Below, piece after piece: positions 17,778 through 28,902 of a stretch of DNA of 64,000 nt. The stretch is taken from NCBI GenBank assembly GCA_964473555.1, contig CAYYPL010000008.1:64601-128600 (forward strand), in the 5' to 3' direction. Numbering within the stretch: the first letter of the stretch is position 1; the number at the start of each line of letters is the position of its first letter. The notes under the pieces are model-generated. The model made no database searches. It saw nothing but the letters and a program-made list of their open reading frames with translations, and had not been told where the DNA came from. The DNA is from an uncultured Chitinophagales bacterium (GTDB lineage: Bacteria > Bacteroidota > Rhodothermia > Balneolales > HLUCCA01). The translations under genes and the position numbers were made by a program.

Positions 17778-18794
17778 ATGGCTAATGATTTGTTGTTGAA
17801 GGCGCTTCGTGGAGAGCAGGTGTCGCGGCCTCCGGTATGGATGATGCGACAGGCGGGGAGATATTTGCCCGAGTATCAGGAATTGCGGCGCAAGTATTCT
17901 TTTTTTGAACGCGTAGAAACTCCGGAGCTTGCTGCTGAGATTACGATGCAGCCTATAGAGCGCTTTGGGCCAGACGCTGCGATTATTTTCTCCGACATCC
18001 TGGTGATTCCACAGGCACTTGGTTTTGAAGTTACCATGAACGAAGGCGAGGGGCCCAGGCTTCCGCATCCGGTACGAACTGCTGAACAGGCTTTGGCCGT
18101 TCAGGTCCCGGATACGGCAGATCGCCTGCACTATGTAATGGATGCGTTGCGTATTACCAGGCAGCGTCTGGATGGGCGGGCTTCGCTCATCGGCTTCGCT
18201 GGTGCTCCATGGACGATACTTTGTTATATGGTAGAGGGAAAAGGTTCCAAAGACTTTTCCCGAGTCAAGCAATTTTGTTACACCCAGCCAGAAGCCGCCC
18301 GGTATCTGCTGGATGTCATTACAACATCCACCATCGATTATCTCAATGCTCAGGTTCAGGCAGGTGCACAGGCTATCCAGGTGTTCGACTCCTGGGCTGG
18401 ATTATTAAGTCCTGAAGACTTCTCCGAGTGGGCATTCCCCTATCTGAAAACCATCAGTGAGCACGTCGTTGGAGCTCCAGTAATTTTGTATCCTAAAGGC
18501 AGTTGGTATGCGCTAGAACGTCTGGCTACACGGACCAATGCCTCGGCCATTGGGCTCGACTGGACCGTTACGCCCGAGTATGCACGTGAGGTTACCCGTA
18601 ACGAAATAACGTTACAAGGGAATTTCGATCCAAGCAAGCTATTTATGCCCTCAAAAGACATAAAATCAGGGGTGAAGCGTATGATTGATCGTTTTGGCGT
18701 GCAACGATATATCGTTAATCTGGGCCACGGTATATTACCTACGATTCCAGTCGACAACGCCCGGGCATTTATCGAAGCCGTTAAAGAATACTAA
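17778..18794 (+). CDS. hemE: Uroporphyrinogen decarboxylase
   Basis: ORF trimmed to ATG 17778. PPVWMMRQAGRYLPEY signature. Confidence 0.93.
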   Translation: MANDLLLKALRGEQVSRPPVWMMRQAGRYLPEYQELRRKYSFFERVETPELAAEITMQPIERFGPDAAIIFSDILVIPQALGFEVTMNEGEGPRLPHPVRTAEQALAVQVPDTADRLHYVMDALRITRQRLDGRASLIGFAGAPWTILCYMVEGKGSKDFSRVKQFCYTQPEAARYLLDVITTSTIDYLNAQVQAGAQAIQVFDSWAGLLSPEDFSEWAFPYLKTISEHVVGAPVILYPKGSWYALERLATRTNASAIGLDWTVTPEYAREVTRNEITLQGNFDPSKLFMPSKDIKSGVKRMIDRFGVQRYIVNLGHGILPTIPVDNARAFIEAVKEY

Positions 18795-19081
18795 CTCTTT
18801 TCGTTGAGTTTTCCTCGCAGTTGCCCTGAGTTCAGTACTTGATGTGTGATTCAGTTATGATTATTATGAAGTATTAGATAATTTTAATAGAAGGAATCAA
18901 AGTTGGAGATTACGGTGTAAGCGGTCTGACACCTTTGTGAGTCGTTTGATCATAAAAATGACTACGTCTGATTAGTTCAGACGCCAAAAATATAACTTTG
19001 AACCTCTGTGTGTTATCATTTTATTCAAGTCGTTCATATTTGAATTTACCAATTACAATACGTTAACAGCAGGAGACGGTT

Positions 19082-21031
19082 GTGTCGGCTGAAACTCAAG
19101 GGTCACGTAAACCTAACTATATCGTATCGTCTTTTTCAGGTCTGTTTACGCAGAGTCTGATTGCTGTTATGTACCATGATGCGGATGGGAAGGTAGCAGC
19201 GGTGAATCAGGCGGCCTGTGAGTTACTCGGTTTATCTGGGGATGAGCTGATAGGCAAGGATTCGTTGAACCCAGAGTGGCAGGGAATCCAACCTGATGGC
19301 ATGGAGTCAGTTGCACTCGATTACTCAGCCAAGGTTGCGCTACGAAGCGGGCAGATTGTACAAAATCAGATTATCGGCATCTATCACCCTATCACGAACC
19401 AGCAACGCTGGATATCTGTCAACTCGGTTCCTGAATTTAGAGAGGGTGAAATAAAGCCGTTTCAGGTATTTTCAACGCTCACTGACATCACTGAGGAAAG
19501 ACGGCTGCGTCAACAGTTATCCGAATCTCAGGAGAACTTCACTTCTTTTTTGAACAATCTGGATCAGGGTGTATGGATTCGGGATTTTAAATCCGGTCAG
19601 CTTATTTTTGTGAACGATGCGATCGGCAACCTGTATGGATCTCCTAAAGAAGACTTTTTTGAAGATTCATCGCGATTTTATGAAAAGTTTATTCATCCCG
19701 CAGACAGATCTGAAGTTTTGAACACCCACAAAATTCATCTTGAAACGGGCGATGATCATGAAGTAAAGTGGCGTTTGGTTCGATCTGATGGGCAGATACG
19801 ATCTGTCAAAGTTCGGATGTTTACGTTCACTTTACCTGGAACCAGTGGTATTGTCTACAGTGCCGGATTGACATCTGATAGTACCGAAGCGTATTTGAGT
19901 TCGGAGGGGAATCAACTAAACCGACTCAAATCAGAAGAGTTCAACAAGCTGACGTCAAATTTGCTCAGTACCATTAGTCATGAGTTTCGTACTCCCATAA
20001 CCGGAATTATTGGTTTTTCAAAACTCCTACAAGAACCGGTTACTGAAGAAGAACGCCACGAATACGCAAGACACATTGAAAAGAGTACGTATAAACTGTA
20101 TAAAACACTGGAGTCTATTCTGGATTATTCGGTACTGGATGCAAAAAAGGTCGATTTGAGTCCTGCTATTATTTCCATTCAGGAGAGTGTAAGGATGGTT
20201 CTGGAACGAACGGAAATTCTCGCACAGGAAAAAGGCATTTATTTTCAACACAGCTTCTCTGGTCCTGACACCATGTATTTCTATCCAAATCTGTTGGACA
20301 CGCTGCTCAAATATGTACTTGACAATGCGGTCAAGTTTACTGTTGATGGGGGAATACGATTGGTATCAAAAGTAAACGAGCATCGTATCCAGATCGAAGT
20401 TCACGATACGGGAAGGGGCATCGCTACTGACCTGATGCCATTTGTTTTTGATCCATTTCGCCAGGGTAGTGAAGGTGTAGCGCGACTTTACGAAGGTGTT
20501 GGAATGGGACTTGCCATTGTAAAGAGGATTCTCGACTCAATACAAGGTGAGATTACACTCATGACCAACGATCATGGTGGTAGTTCTTTCTATCTAGATA
20601 TACCGTTGCCTGTGAAACATGAAGATGTCAGTCTCTCAGCCCTTGCTGATCAAGATCGTCAAGGATTCAGTGTCTTGTATGTTGAGAACAATCTGACCAT
20701 GCAGTTAGTGGTAAAATCGATGCTGAAAAATGCCAGAATAGATTTTGCCAAACAGGTTGAGCAGGCTCTGGAGGCAGTCAAAAAGACGCCATACGATCTC
20801 ATTCTGCTGGATGTAAACCCAGGTCAAATAGACGACGGGATACAATTGCTCCGTAAAATACGCGAAACCCCGGGATACACTGAAACTCCGGTTGTGATAA
20901 TAACGGCGTACTCGGTCAATCAACTCGATGAGGTGAAAGTCAATCTTCACCAGGTCCAGTATCTGACTAAACCATTTAGTGAAAAGCTTCTTAAAACCGC
21001 TATAAGGCAGTTTTTTCCGGATTTTAACTAG
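19082..21031 (+). CDS. Hybrid sensor histidine kinase (PAS-PAS-HisKA-HATPase-REC)
   Basis: H-box SHEFRTPIT, G-boxes DTGRGI and GVGMGLAIV, C-terminal receiver (DLILLDVN...YLTKP). GTG start as given by the track; start uncertain. Confidence 0.85.
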   Translation: MSAETQGSRKPNYIVSSFSGLFTQSLIAVMYHDADGKVAAVNQAACELLGLSGDELIGKDSLNPEWQGIQPDGMESVALDYSAKVALRSGQIVQNQIIGIYHPITNQQRWISVNSVPEFREGEIKPFQVFSTLTDITEERRLRQQLSESQENFTSFLNNLDQGVWIRDFKSGQLIFVNDAIGNLYGSPKEDFFEDSSRFYEKFIHPADRSEVLNTHKIHLETGDDHEVKWRLVRSDGQIRSVKVRMFTFTLPGTSGIVYSAGLTSDSTEAYLSSEGNQLNRLKSEEFNKLTSNLLSTISHEFRTPITGIIGFSKLLQEPVTEEERHEYARHIEKSTYKLYKTLESILDYSVLDAKKVDLSPAIISIQESVRMVLERTEILAQEKGIYFQHSFSGPDTMYFYPNLLDTLLKYVLDNAVKFTVDGGIRLVSKVNEHRIQIEVHDTGRGIATDLMPFVFDPFRQGSEGVARLYEGVGMGLAIVKRILDSIQGEITLMTNDHGGSSFYLDIPLPVKHEDVSLSALADQDRQGFSVLYVENNLTMQLVVKSMLKNARIDFAKQVEQALEAVKKTPYDLILLDVNPGQIDDGIQLLRKIRETPGYTETPVVIITAYSVNQLDEVKVNLHQVQYLTKPFSEKLLKTAIRQFFPDFN

Positions 21032-21112
21032 AAGTGGCAGCAATCAAAAGTTGAGGCTTGGTGGTATTATTGGTATTATCCCTGCTTTTGAATCAAAGCT
21101 GTTAAACGCCAC

Positions 21113-22066
21113 ATGAAACATCAGTTCATCGATTTTATCCACGAATTGCAGGACAGAATCTGTACGGTACTTGAAGCGCAGGATGATCAGGCCCGGTTTC
21201 GGGAAGACGCCTGGGATCGTCCGGCTGGAGGTGGTGGAAAGACACGAGTGATTGCCCATGGAACGGTCTTTGAAAAGGGTGGTGTCAACACATCGGTGGT
21301 ACACGGCGAATTGCCTGAAATCATTAGAGAGCGCTTCGGTGTCGATCAAGGATACTTCATGGCAGCCGGACTCTCGCTCGTCATTCATCCCGTTAATCCA
21401 CATGTGCCTACCGTTCATGCCAACTACAGATATTTCGAGTTGTACGACCGAGAGGGTGGTGAAATCCGGGATGCCTGGTTTGGTGGTGGTGCAGACCTTA
21501 CGCCATACTACTTGAGTGAAGCCGATGCCCGGCATTTTCACCTGGTTCACAGGCAAGCCTGTGATCACATTGACCCTTCATTATATCCTAAATTCAAACC
21601 CGACTGTGATGCGTACTTTTACAACACGCACCGTGGCGAATCACGTGGTATTGGGGGGATTTTCTACGATTACATGCGTCCGGTAGATGTTCCTGCCCCA
21701 TCCCTTGACCGACACACCGGCACCGGATACCCTGATTTGTCCTGGGAGCAGCTATTCGGGCTGGCTCAGCTCAACGGACAAGCCTTCATCGATGCTTACC
21801 TCCCGATTGTTGAGCGAAACAAATCTCTCGCTTGGACACAAGAAGAGCGCTACTGGCAGGAGATTCGCCGCGGGCGATACGTTGAGTTTAATCTGATCCA
21901 TGATCGTGGTACCCTGTTTGGACTCAAAACAGACGGCAGGGTTGAGAGCATACTGATGAGCTTGCCACCGCGTGTCCGATGGGACTACGACTACCAGGTC
22001 AATCCGGGGTCACCTGAATCCGTATTGGTTTCCGTTTTGAAAACACCACGTCAGTGGCTGTCTTAG
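21113..22066 (+). CDS. hemF: Oxygen-dependent coproporphyrinogen-III oxidase
   Basis: WDRPAGGGGKTRV, GGGADLTPYY and RGRYVEFNLIHDRGTLFGL are HemF signatures. Confidence 0.93.
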   Translation: MKHQFIDFIHELQDRICTVLEAQDDQARFREDAWDRPAGGGGKTRVIAHGTVFEKGGVNTSVVHGELPEIIRERFGVDQGYFMAAGLSLVIHPVNPHVPTVHANYRYFELYDREGGEIRDAWFGGGADLTPYYLSEADARHFHLVHRQACDHIDPSLYPKFKPDCDAYFYNTHRGESRGIGGIFYDYMRPVDVPAPSLDRHTGTGYPDLSWEQLFGLAQLNGQAFIDAYLPIVERNKSLAWTQEERYWQEIRRGRYVEFNLIHDRGTLFGLKTDGRVESILMSLPPRVRWDYDYQVNPGSPESVLVSVLKTPRQWLS

Positions 22067-22144
22067 CATTGAATGCGTTGGGTAGCACCTGATTTTTGAC
22101 TACTTTAACCTAAGTATCCAAGCATTCCATTTCGAGTTAAATCC

Positions 22145-23260
22145 ATGTCATCAAAACCGGAATACCTACAAGCTACTGATCTTGAAATCGTACCCATTGC
22201 GCGGTCACAGACGATTCCATCGTCGTGGTATACCGATCCCAGACAGTTATGGATCGAGAACAAGGCTATTTTTGCCAGGGAATGGCAACTGGTTGGACAT
22301 GAATGTCAGTTTGTTGAATCCGGAAGCTCTGTTTGTCTGACCATAGCTGGAAATCCGATCATCGTATTGCGGACAGAATCAGGAGAGCTTCGGGCATATT
22401 TCAATGTATGTAAGCACCGTGGTGGCCCATTGTCTGTTAAGCAAGGGACCAAATCGATGCTTCAGTGCCAATATCATGGATGGACATACAGTTCGGACGG
22501 GTCACTGCGAGGTGTTCCTCATTTTAGTTATGTAGAGTTGTTCGACAAAAAGGACTTTGGATTGCGTCCGGTTCGACTCGAAACCTGGCAGGGCCTGATT
22601 TTTGTAAATCTGGACGATCGTGCTGAAACACTCTCATCCAATATGCAGGGTATCGGTGAGCGGATCGCTCCCATCGATATCTCTTCAATGAAGTATCATA
22701 CCCGAACGGTCGATATCATTCAATGCAACTGGAAGGTATATGCCGACAATTTTCTGGAGGGATATCATATCCCTATCGTTCATCCCGAGTTGGCAAAATT
22801 ACTTGATTATAGTCAGTATGTGACCGAAACTTCAAAAAATTACAGTTTGCAATACAGCCCGTTTGTGAACACAGATGCCGATAATCCTTATCAGGCTGAA
22901 CATGGAGAAGCTTTTTATTACTTTTTGTTTCCGAACATAATGCTAAATATTCTGCCGGGCAGACTTCAAACCAATATCATCGAACCCATTGGTCATGATT
23001 CCTGTCGAGTAATCTTTGATTTCTACTATACAGATCTACAAAAAGCGCTGAACAGGGGTCTGATTGCCTCTGATATGGATTACAGTGCTGAGATACAGCG
23101 CGAGGATATCGAAATCTGTGAACAGGTTCAGATAGGACTCGGGTCGGAAGCCTACGACAAAGGCCGGTTCTCGGTGGAAAGAGAGCTCGGAGTCTGGCAT
23201 TTTCAGTCATTGATCAAGCGTAATCTTGCATCTCATTTTAATGTAACCAGTGAAACTTAA
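22145..23260 (+). CDS. Rieske [2Fe-2S] non-haem-iron oxygenase, choline-monooxygenase-like alpha subunit
   Basis: Rieske CKHRGGPL...CQYHGWTY, mononuclear iron motif NFLEGYHIPIVHPEL, N-terminal WYTDP. The stop is 12 nt before the hemB start. Confidence 0.85.
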   Translation: MSSKPEYLQATDLEIVPIARSQTIPSSWYTDPRQLWIENKAIFAREWQLVGHECQFVESGSSVCLTIAGNPIIVLRTESGELRAYFNVCKHRGGPLSVKQGTKSMLQCQYHGWTYSSDGSLRGVPHFSYVELFDKKDFGLRPVRLETWQGLIFVNLDDRAETLSSNMQGIGERIAPIDISSMKYHTRTVDIIQCNWKVYADNFLEGYHIPIVHPELAKLLDYSQYVTETSKNYSLQYSPFVNTDADNPYQAEHGEAFYYFLFPNIMLNILPGRLQTNIIEPIGHDSCRVIFDFYYTDLQKALNRGLIASDMDYSAEIQREDIEICEQVQIGLGSEAYDKGRFSVERELGVWHFQSLIKRNLASHFNVTSET

Positions 23261-23269
23261 ACTTCCTGA

Positions 23270-24259
<990 letters not shown>

Positions 24260-24306
24260 CAGGCCAGCGGGCCAGCAGTCGTAACTTATTTTACTTAACC
24301 CTGAAC

Positions 24307-24340
24307 CCCCACTCCCTACTCCCTACTCCCCACTCCCTAA
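24307..24340. repeat. Heptad tract (CCCYACT)x4, the reverse complement of the NAGTRGG family
   Basis: ccccact ccctact ccctact ccccact, directly upstream of the kinase ATG at 24344. Confidence 0.8.
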
Positions 24341-24343
24341 ACC

Positions 24344-25621
24344 ATGAACCATCGTCTTTCTTTTCTGACCTTCCTCAAAGAGATACGGTTTCCCTATTTG
24401 TTTGGCACCTCATTGGTCATCATAGGGTTGATTTTTGGGGTCTTTGAAATCTACGAAACCTTGTTTGTGTTTGATGTAGATTTAAATACAATCAGGATCT
24501 TACACTTTACCCGGGGGGCTTCTACTGCATTCGCGCTTTTGGTTTGGATTGTCTGGACGCTTTACGAGTATCGGAAGAAATATCTTGCTGCCATCCAGCA
24601 ACAGGGTCTTCAGTTTATGCGAATCATCAATCATGCATCCGAAGCCGTGATTATTACGGATGAAAATCACGTGATTACTTTTTGGAATGATTCAGCGACT
24701 GCCATGCTTGGATGGAAAAATGAAGAAGTGGTAGGCAGAAAGCTTTTTGATGTGATAAAAATACCGGTTGCGTCCAAATTTGCCCCGCATGGTCAGCAGG
24801 AAATCGAGCTGGATATCACGAACAAGGCCAGGCAGCGGGTGTTCGTAGCCCTTACCATGACCAGTATTCCCAACGAGGAAGGGCATCCGGAGATTTATTC
24901 CTATATGATGCGAAATCTGACCGAGCGGGCCATCAGGTTGGCCCAGATGGAGCGTTCCGAACGAATGGCGAGTCTAGGGCACATGGCTGCCGGAGTTGCT
25001 CACGAAATCGGGAATCCGTTGACGGCGATTTCATCCATCATACAGCTTTTGCAGCGTAGGATTGACGATCGGTCGCAGTTGGAGCAACTGGGTAGGGTAA
25101 GGGAGAATATCAATCGCATCACCCGGATAGTGCGTGATTTAGTAGATTTTTCCAGGCCTAAAAGTCCGGAAATGACACTGATGAATGTGAACGATACCCT
25201 TAGCGAAGTCATTGGCCTGTTGAAACACGATGCACGTTGCAGAAATGTTACCTTTGAGATGAATCTGGAACCCAATCTGCCATTGATATCAGCTGTTCCT
25301 GATCAGATTTATCAGGTGTTTTTGAATTTTATCCTGAATTCGGTCGATTCCTGTGAAGATGTACCCAGGCCTGAAATCAGTGTGAAAACCGAATTTGAAC
25401 GTGATCACGTAGTGGTGCGGGTTCACGATAACGGTGCTGGGATTCCCTCCTCGATCAAAGAACGCATATTTGAGCCTTTTTTCACGACCAAGGAAGTAGG
25501 CAAAGGTACAGGACTCGGATTATCTGTCAGCCACAACATCATAACCCGTCTTGGGGGATCGATCCGAGTGGATTCCGAGCCGGGTAGCACGACGTTTTCA
25601 GTTCAGTTCCCGGTCGCTTGA
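24344..25621 (+). CDS. Membrane PAS sensor histidine kinase (NtrB/AtoS-like)
   Basis: N-terminal TM helices, a PAS segment, H-box AHEIGNPLTAI, and DNGAGIP / GTGLGLSV ATPase boxes. Confidence 0.85.
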   Translation: MNHRLSFLTFLKEIRFPYLFGTSLVIIGLIFGVFEIYETLFVFDVDLNTIRILHFTRGASTAFALLVWIVWTLYEYRKKYLAAIQQQGLQFMRIINHASEAVIITDENHVITFWNDSATAMLGWKNEEVVGRKLFDVIKIPVASKFAPHGQQEIELDITNKARQRVFVALTMTSIPNEEGHPEIYSYMMRNLTERAIRLAQMERSERMASLGHMAAGVAHEIGNPLTAISSIIQLLQRRIDDRSQLEQLGRVRENINRITRIVRDLVDFSRPKSPEMTLMNVNDTLSEVIGLLKHDARCRNVTFEMNLEPNLPLISAVPDQIYQVFLNFILNSVDSCEDVPRPEISVKTEFERDHVVVRVHDNGAGIPSSIKERIFEPFFTTKEVGKGTGLGLSVSHNIITRLGGSIRVDSEPGSTTFSVQFPVA

Positions 25622-25714
25622 TCGTCGTTGTTCCGGTGGCAGATTATTCCGAAATTGACATGATCACCTACAAAACCGGCACTATGTTTGCAGGCTTACC
25701 TAACCCACGTTCCC

Positions 25715-27085
25715 ATGAGTACACGTATCCTGATAGCCGATGATGAGTCGACTATTCGAGAGACCATCGCAGAGTTTTTATCATCTGAAGGATTTGAAAC
25801 CCAAACGGCTTCCGATGGACATGCCGCTTTGGAGATGATCAGAAATGGGAGTATCGATATTCTGATTTCGGATGTCAGGATGCCTGGTATGGATGGAATA
25901 GAACTGATCAAGCAGGTGAATACCTATGCATCCGACACGCTGGTTATTTTGATGACTGCCTTTGCCAGTGTTGAAACTGCCATTCAGGCCCTCAGAAGTG
26001 GCGCGGCCGACTACATGCTCAAACCTCTCGACCTAGATGAACTTTTTCTCAGACTGACGGCGATACTTGAGCGACGATCGTTGATCCGTGAAAACAAGTA
26101 TATGCGTGAAGTAATTGACCGGTCGTTCAATTTTAGCTTTATCATCGGTGAGAGTCCGGCGATGAAAGCAATGTACCGTATCATCGATAAAGTAGGACCA
26201 ACGAAGTCAACGGTACTTGTTACCGGGCCATCGGGATCAGGCAAAGAACTCATTGCCCGGGCTGTACATCAGCGGAGTGTGCGAAAAAACAAGCCGTTCG
26301 TGGCAATCAACTGTGGATCTATTCCGGAGGCCTTGTTTGAATCTGAGTTGTTTGGACATAAAAAAGGATCGTTCACCGGAGCCGTGAATGATCACGATGG
26401 CCATTTTGTACTGGCCAATAATGGTACGCTGTTTCTCGATGAAATCGGTGAGCTACCTCTATCCATGCAAGTCAAACTGCTACGAGTGCTTCAGGAAGGT
26501 GAAGTGCGTGCTGTTGGGGCACAAAAAGGGACAAATGTGGATGTCAGGATCATTGCAGCGACCAACCGTAATCTGGAAAAGGAAGTAGAGGAAGGACGGT
26601 TTAGGGAGGATTTATTTTACAGATTGAATATCATTCGAATCAATGCCCCTGGACTTGACGAACGCAAGGAAGACATTCCTCTTTTAGCGCGTTATTTTTT
26701 AGAGAGATACAATAAGGAACTGAGTGCATCGGTTAAAGGAATCAGTGCTGAAGCCATGTCGCTGCTCATGTCACACGAGTGGAAGGGTCAGGTTCGAGAG
26801 CTGGAAAATGTGATGGAACGCGCGGTATTGCTCACCGACCATGACTACATTCAGCCCTCTGACTTGCCATTTGACTCCAGGAATGCCGTAAAGACAGACT
26901 ACGTCTCAGACGATTCGTCGTTGAACCATGTGGTTTCAGCCTTTGAAAAACAGTATATCCAGCATGTGCTCAAAAAATTCGAAGGAAACCGTACTGAAAC
27001 GGCCCGGGCGTTAAACATTGACCCCAGCACGCTTTACCGCAAGATGGAAAAACTGGGAATTGAGGAAGAGAAGTCCGGAGATTGA
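25715..27085 (+). CDS. Sigma-54-dependent response regulator (NtrC-family enhancer-binding protein)
   Basis: ORF trimmed to ATG 25715 (MSTRILIADDE). REC domain, AAA+ domain with GPSGSGKEL and ESELFGHKKGSFTGA (GAFTGA-type loop), and a C-terminal Fis-type HTH. Confidence 0.9.
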   Translation: MSTRILIADDESTIRETIAEFLSSEGFETQTASDGHAALEMIRNGSIDILISDVRMPGMDGIELIKQVNTYASDTLVILMTAFASVETAIQALRSGAADYMLKPLDLDELFLRLTAILERRSLIRENKYMREVIDRSFNFSFIIGESPAMKAMYRIIDKVGPTKSTVLVTGPSGSGKELIARAVHQRSVRKNKPFVAINCGSIPEALFESELFGHKKGSFTGAVNDHDGHFVLANNGTLFLDEIGELPLSMQVKLLRVLQEGEVRAVGAQKGTNVDVRIIAATNRNLEKEVEEGRFREDLFYRLNIIRINAPGLDERKEDIPLLARYFLERYNKELSASVKGISAEAMSLLMSHEWKGQVRELENVMERAVLLTDHDYIQPSDLPFDSRNAVKTDYVSDDSSLNHVVSAFEKQYIQHVLKKFEGNRTETARALNIDPSTLYRKMEKLGIEEEKSGD

Positions 27086-27090
27086 CCGGT

Positions 27091-27810
27091 TTACGGACGT
27101 TTGAGATACTGAGAAAAACGGGCTGGATCTTTCAGAGTGAGTATGACATCAAAATTAACGATCATCTCGTCGTTCACTTTGATGAGACCCATCATTGGGG
27201 AAGGTGGTTCCAGTCCGAATTCGGACATTCTAACCAAATGAGAGCCTGTAATTCGGAACAGATAGGTGCCAATAAACTGGCCGGAGATAATGATTCGCTC
27301 CTGGCGGGTTTTCCCGGAAAGCGTAAGGTTGCCAACGGTCTCGATTTCCATCGTTTGTGGCAGGAAATCATCGGTACAGCACATCAGTTGACTGCTCAGC
27401 AGCTTGTATTCAATCACTGGGTATTCGTCGGCATTCAGCGTCTTGCGCATATCCCGATTGATCGGAGCTTTACCGCAGTTGAGTTCGTTGACCGGGATTT
27501 TTACATGAAGTTCGATATCTCCGTGAGGTCGACCCTGACCCGATCGAAGTACCTGCAGATTCATATCGAGTAAGAAGCCACTACTTTCGATCATTCCGGC
27601 AGCACAACTAAAATCAATGATATTCGCCGAGCCATCCAACCATACCCTTGAAGTGGGGGTGATAGAGATTGGAACCCGTTCAATGATATCGGTTGTGGTT
27701 TTGGCCGACTGGCTGTTCGAAATGACTGAAAATGATTGGGCCTGGACTTCCACGGAGAGAAGTCCGAGCACAATCGCCAACCACAATGCTGTGAAAAAGA
27801 ACCGGTTCAT
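27091..27810 (-). CDS. YceI-like periplasmic protein (divergent, signal peptide)
   Basis: Signal peptide ending VQAQ. YceI-like blocks: RDMRKTLNADEYPVIEYK, GNLTLSGKTRQ, RMSEFGLEPP. Confidence 0.65.
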   Translation of the reverse strand: MNRFFFTALWLAIVLGLLSVEVQAQSFSVISNSQSAKTTTDIIERVPISITPTSRVWLDGSANIIDFSCAAGMIESSGFLLDMNLQVLRSGQGRPHGDIELHVKIPVNELNCGKAPINRDMRKTLNADEYPVIEYKLLSSQLMCCTDDFLPQTMEIETVGNLTLSGKTRQERIIISGQFIGTYLFRITGSHLVRMSEFGLEPPSPMMGLIKVNDEMIVNFDVILTLKDPARFSQYLKRP

Positions 27811-27915
27811 GGATTAAACAACTTGTGTCTGGTTGAGCGGAGGTAATGCGGGAATGTGACTTCCCATAGGGGTCCGGACTATCAAATTAATGATATCCGG
27901 TTAGAATCGAAACAT

Positions 27916-28482
27916 CTACTGAGCCCTTGCAACTTCTGGTTTTCTGGTAACCACTTCAAAGCGGACCTTCACTTCGTCGCCTGCTTTAATGGTACCGAGC
28001 ATGGCGGTAGGAGGGGCCATTTTGAAGGTTGTCATGCGCATAGAAACTTCGCCCGTGAATACCCAGTTTCCTGAGCTACTGTCGAGCTTGAACGGAACTT
28101 CGACCACACCGGATGCCCCGGCCATAGTCAGGTTTCCAGTTGCCACGCCACCTTTTCCATCGGCATTCATCGTAATTGAAGTCGATTTAAATGCGATGGA
28201 TGGATTTTTTTTGGTATCGAAGGCTTCATAGACTTTTTTGTCCATACCTGATTTACCACTCTTCAGTGACTCTGCTTTCATATTCAGTTCAACGGATGTC
28301 ACTGCGCCAGATGGGTTTACATTCAATTTACCAACGACTTCATTAGACTCGATGGTCCAGTCGTGGATGGTTGAGGTTCCGTCTACAAAAAATTTGGTCG
28401 TGTTATTGAAAACAAGTTCTTGTTGAGCCTGGGCGAATCCGGCAATAAGAATAAACAGGCTGAGAAAAATAGATCGTTTCAT
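27916..28482 (-). CDS. YceI-family lipid/polyisoprenoid-binding protein (signal peptide)
   Basis: Signal peptide ...AQAQ. TSTIHDW, SLKSGKSGMDKKVYEAFDTKKNPSIAF and GNLTMAG match the YceI pattern. Confidence 0.8.
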   Translation of the reverse strand: MKRSIFLSLFILIAGFAQAQQELVFNNTTKFFVDGTSTIHDWTIESNEVVGKLNVNPSGAVTSVELNMKAESLKSGKSGMDKKVYEAFDTKKNPSIAFKSTSITMNADGKGGVATGNLTMAGASGVVEVPFKLDSSSGNWVFTGEVSMRMTTFKMAPPTAMLGTIKAGDEVKVRFEVVTRKPEVARAQ

Positions 28483-28522
28483 GATACTGGAATTTGAATT
28501 GAGGTTGGTTTACCTGGGTATC

Positions 28523-28538
28523 TGCAAATTCTGTGCCA
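28523..28538 (-). promoter_or_regulatory. Sigma-54 promoter (-24/-12) for the YceI-like operon
   Basis: The minus strand reads TGGCACAGAATTTGCA, a perfect TGGCAC-N5-TTGC. The -12 element lies 41 nt upstream of the ATG at 28482. Confidence 0.7.
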
Positions 28539-28863
28539 AGAAATCAGTAACCAGTAATGATGGAAGTACACAAGCACCTTTTAGTGCGCAGTCAACTGAC
28601 GTAAATCGAACCTATAACGAGTGAAAACAGCGAGCTGAAATTAGTGATCAGAGAGCAGTAGTATATAAATCTTAGTTTGTGTTATACGGATACAGTGGAT
28701 TGAATAGAGTATATCCTATAGAGTGTAACGTATAGTGAGCGGCGAGAAGTCTGCCTTGAACTGGTTTTGCTCTCGGCTGGTAGCAACTACATTTTGGATG
28801 GTTGTTTACTGTTTCCTGTTTACACCCGGGCTATCAGCTCGGGGTGGGTATTGCACAAATGCA

Positions 28864-28902
28864 AGACAATTTTGTCTGAAACTATTGCAGACTTGCAAGT
28901 CT
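28864..28902. promoter_or_regulatory. Candidate shared enhancer (UAS): two AGAC-N6-GTCT dyads
   Basis: AGACAATTTTGTCT (28864-28877) and the perfect palindrome AGACTTGCAAGTCT (28889-28902). The centre (28883) equals the midpoint between the two TGGCAC elements (28538 and 29229). Confidence 0.4.

Noticed and set aside
21044-21568. 174-aa antisense ORF opposite hemF
   Set aside because: hemF on the plus strand has unambiguous signatures, and the antisense translation has no recognisable features. The same reasoning applies to the antisense ORFs at 1356..2084, 17541..18272, 27082..27573, 46690..47340, 61588..62262 and other shadow ORFs in the track.
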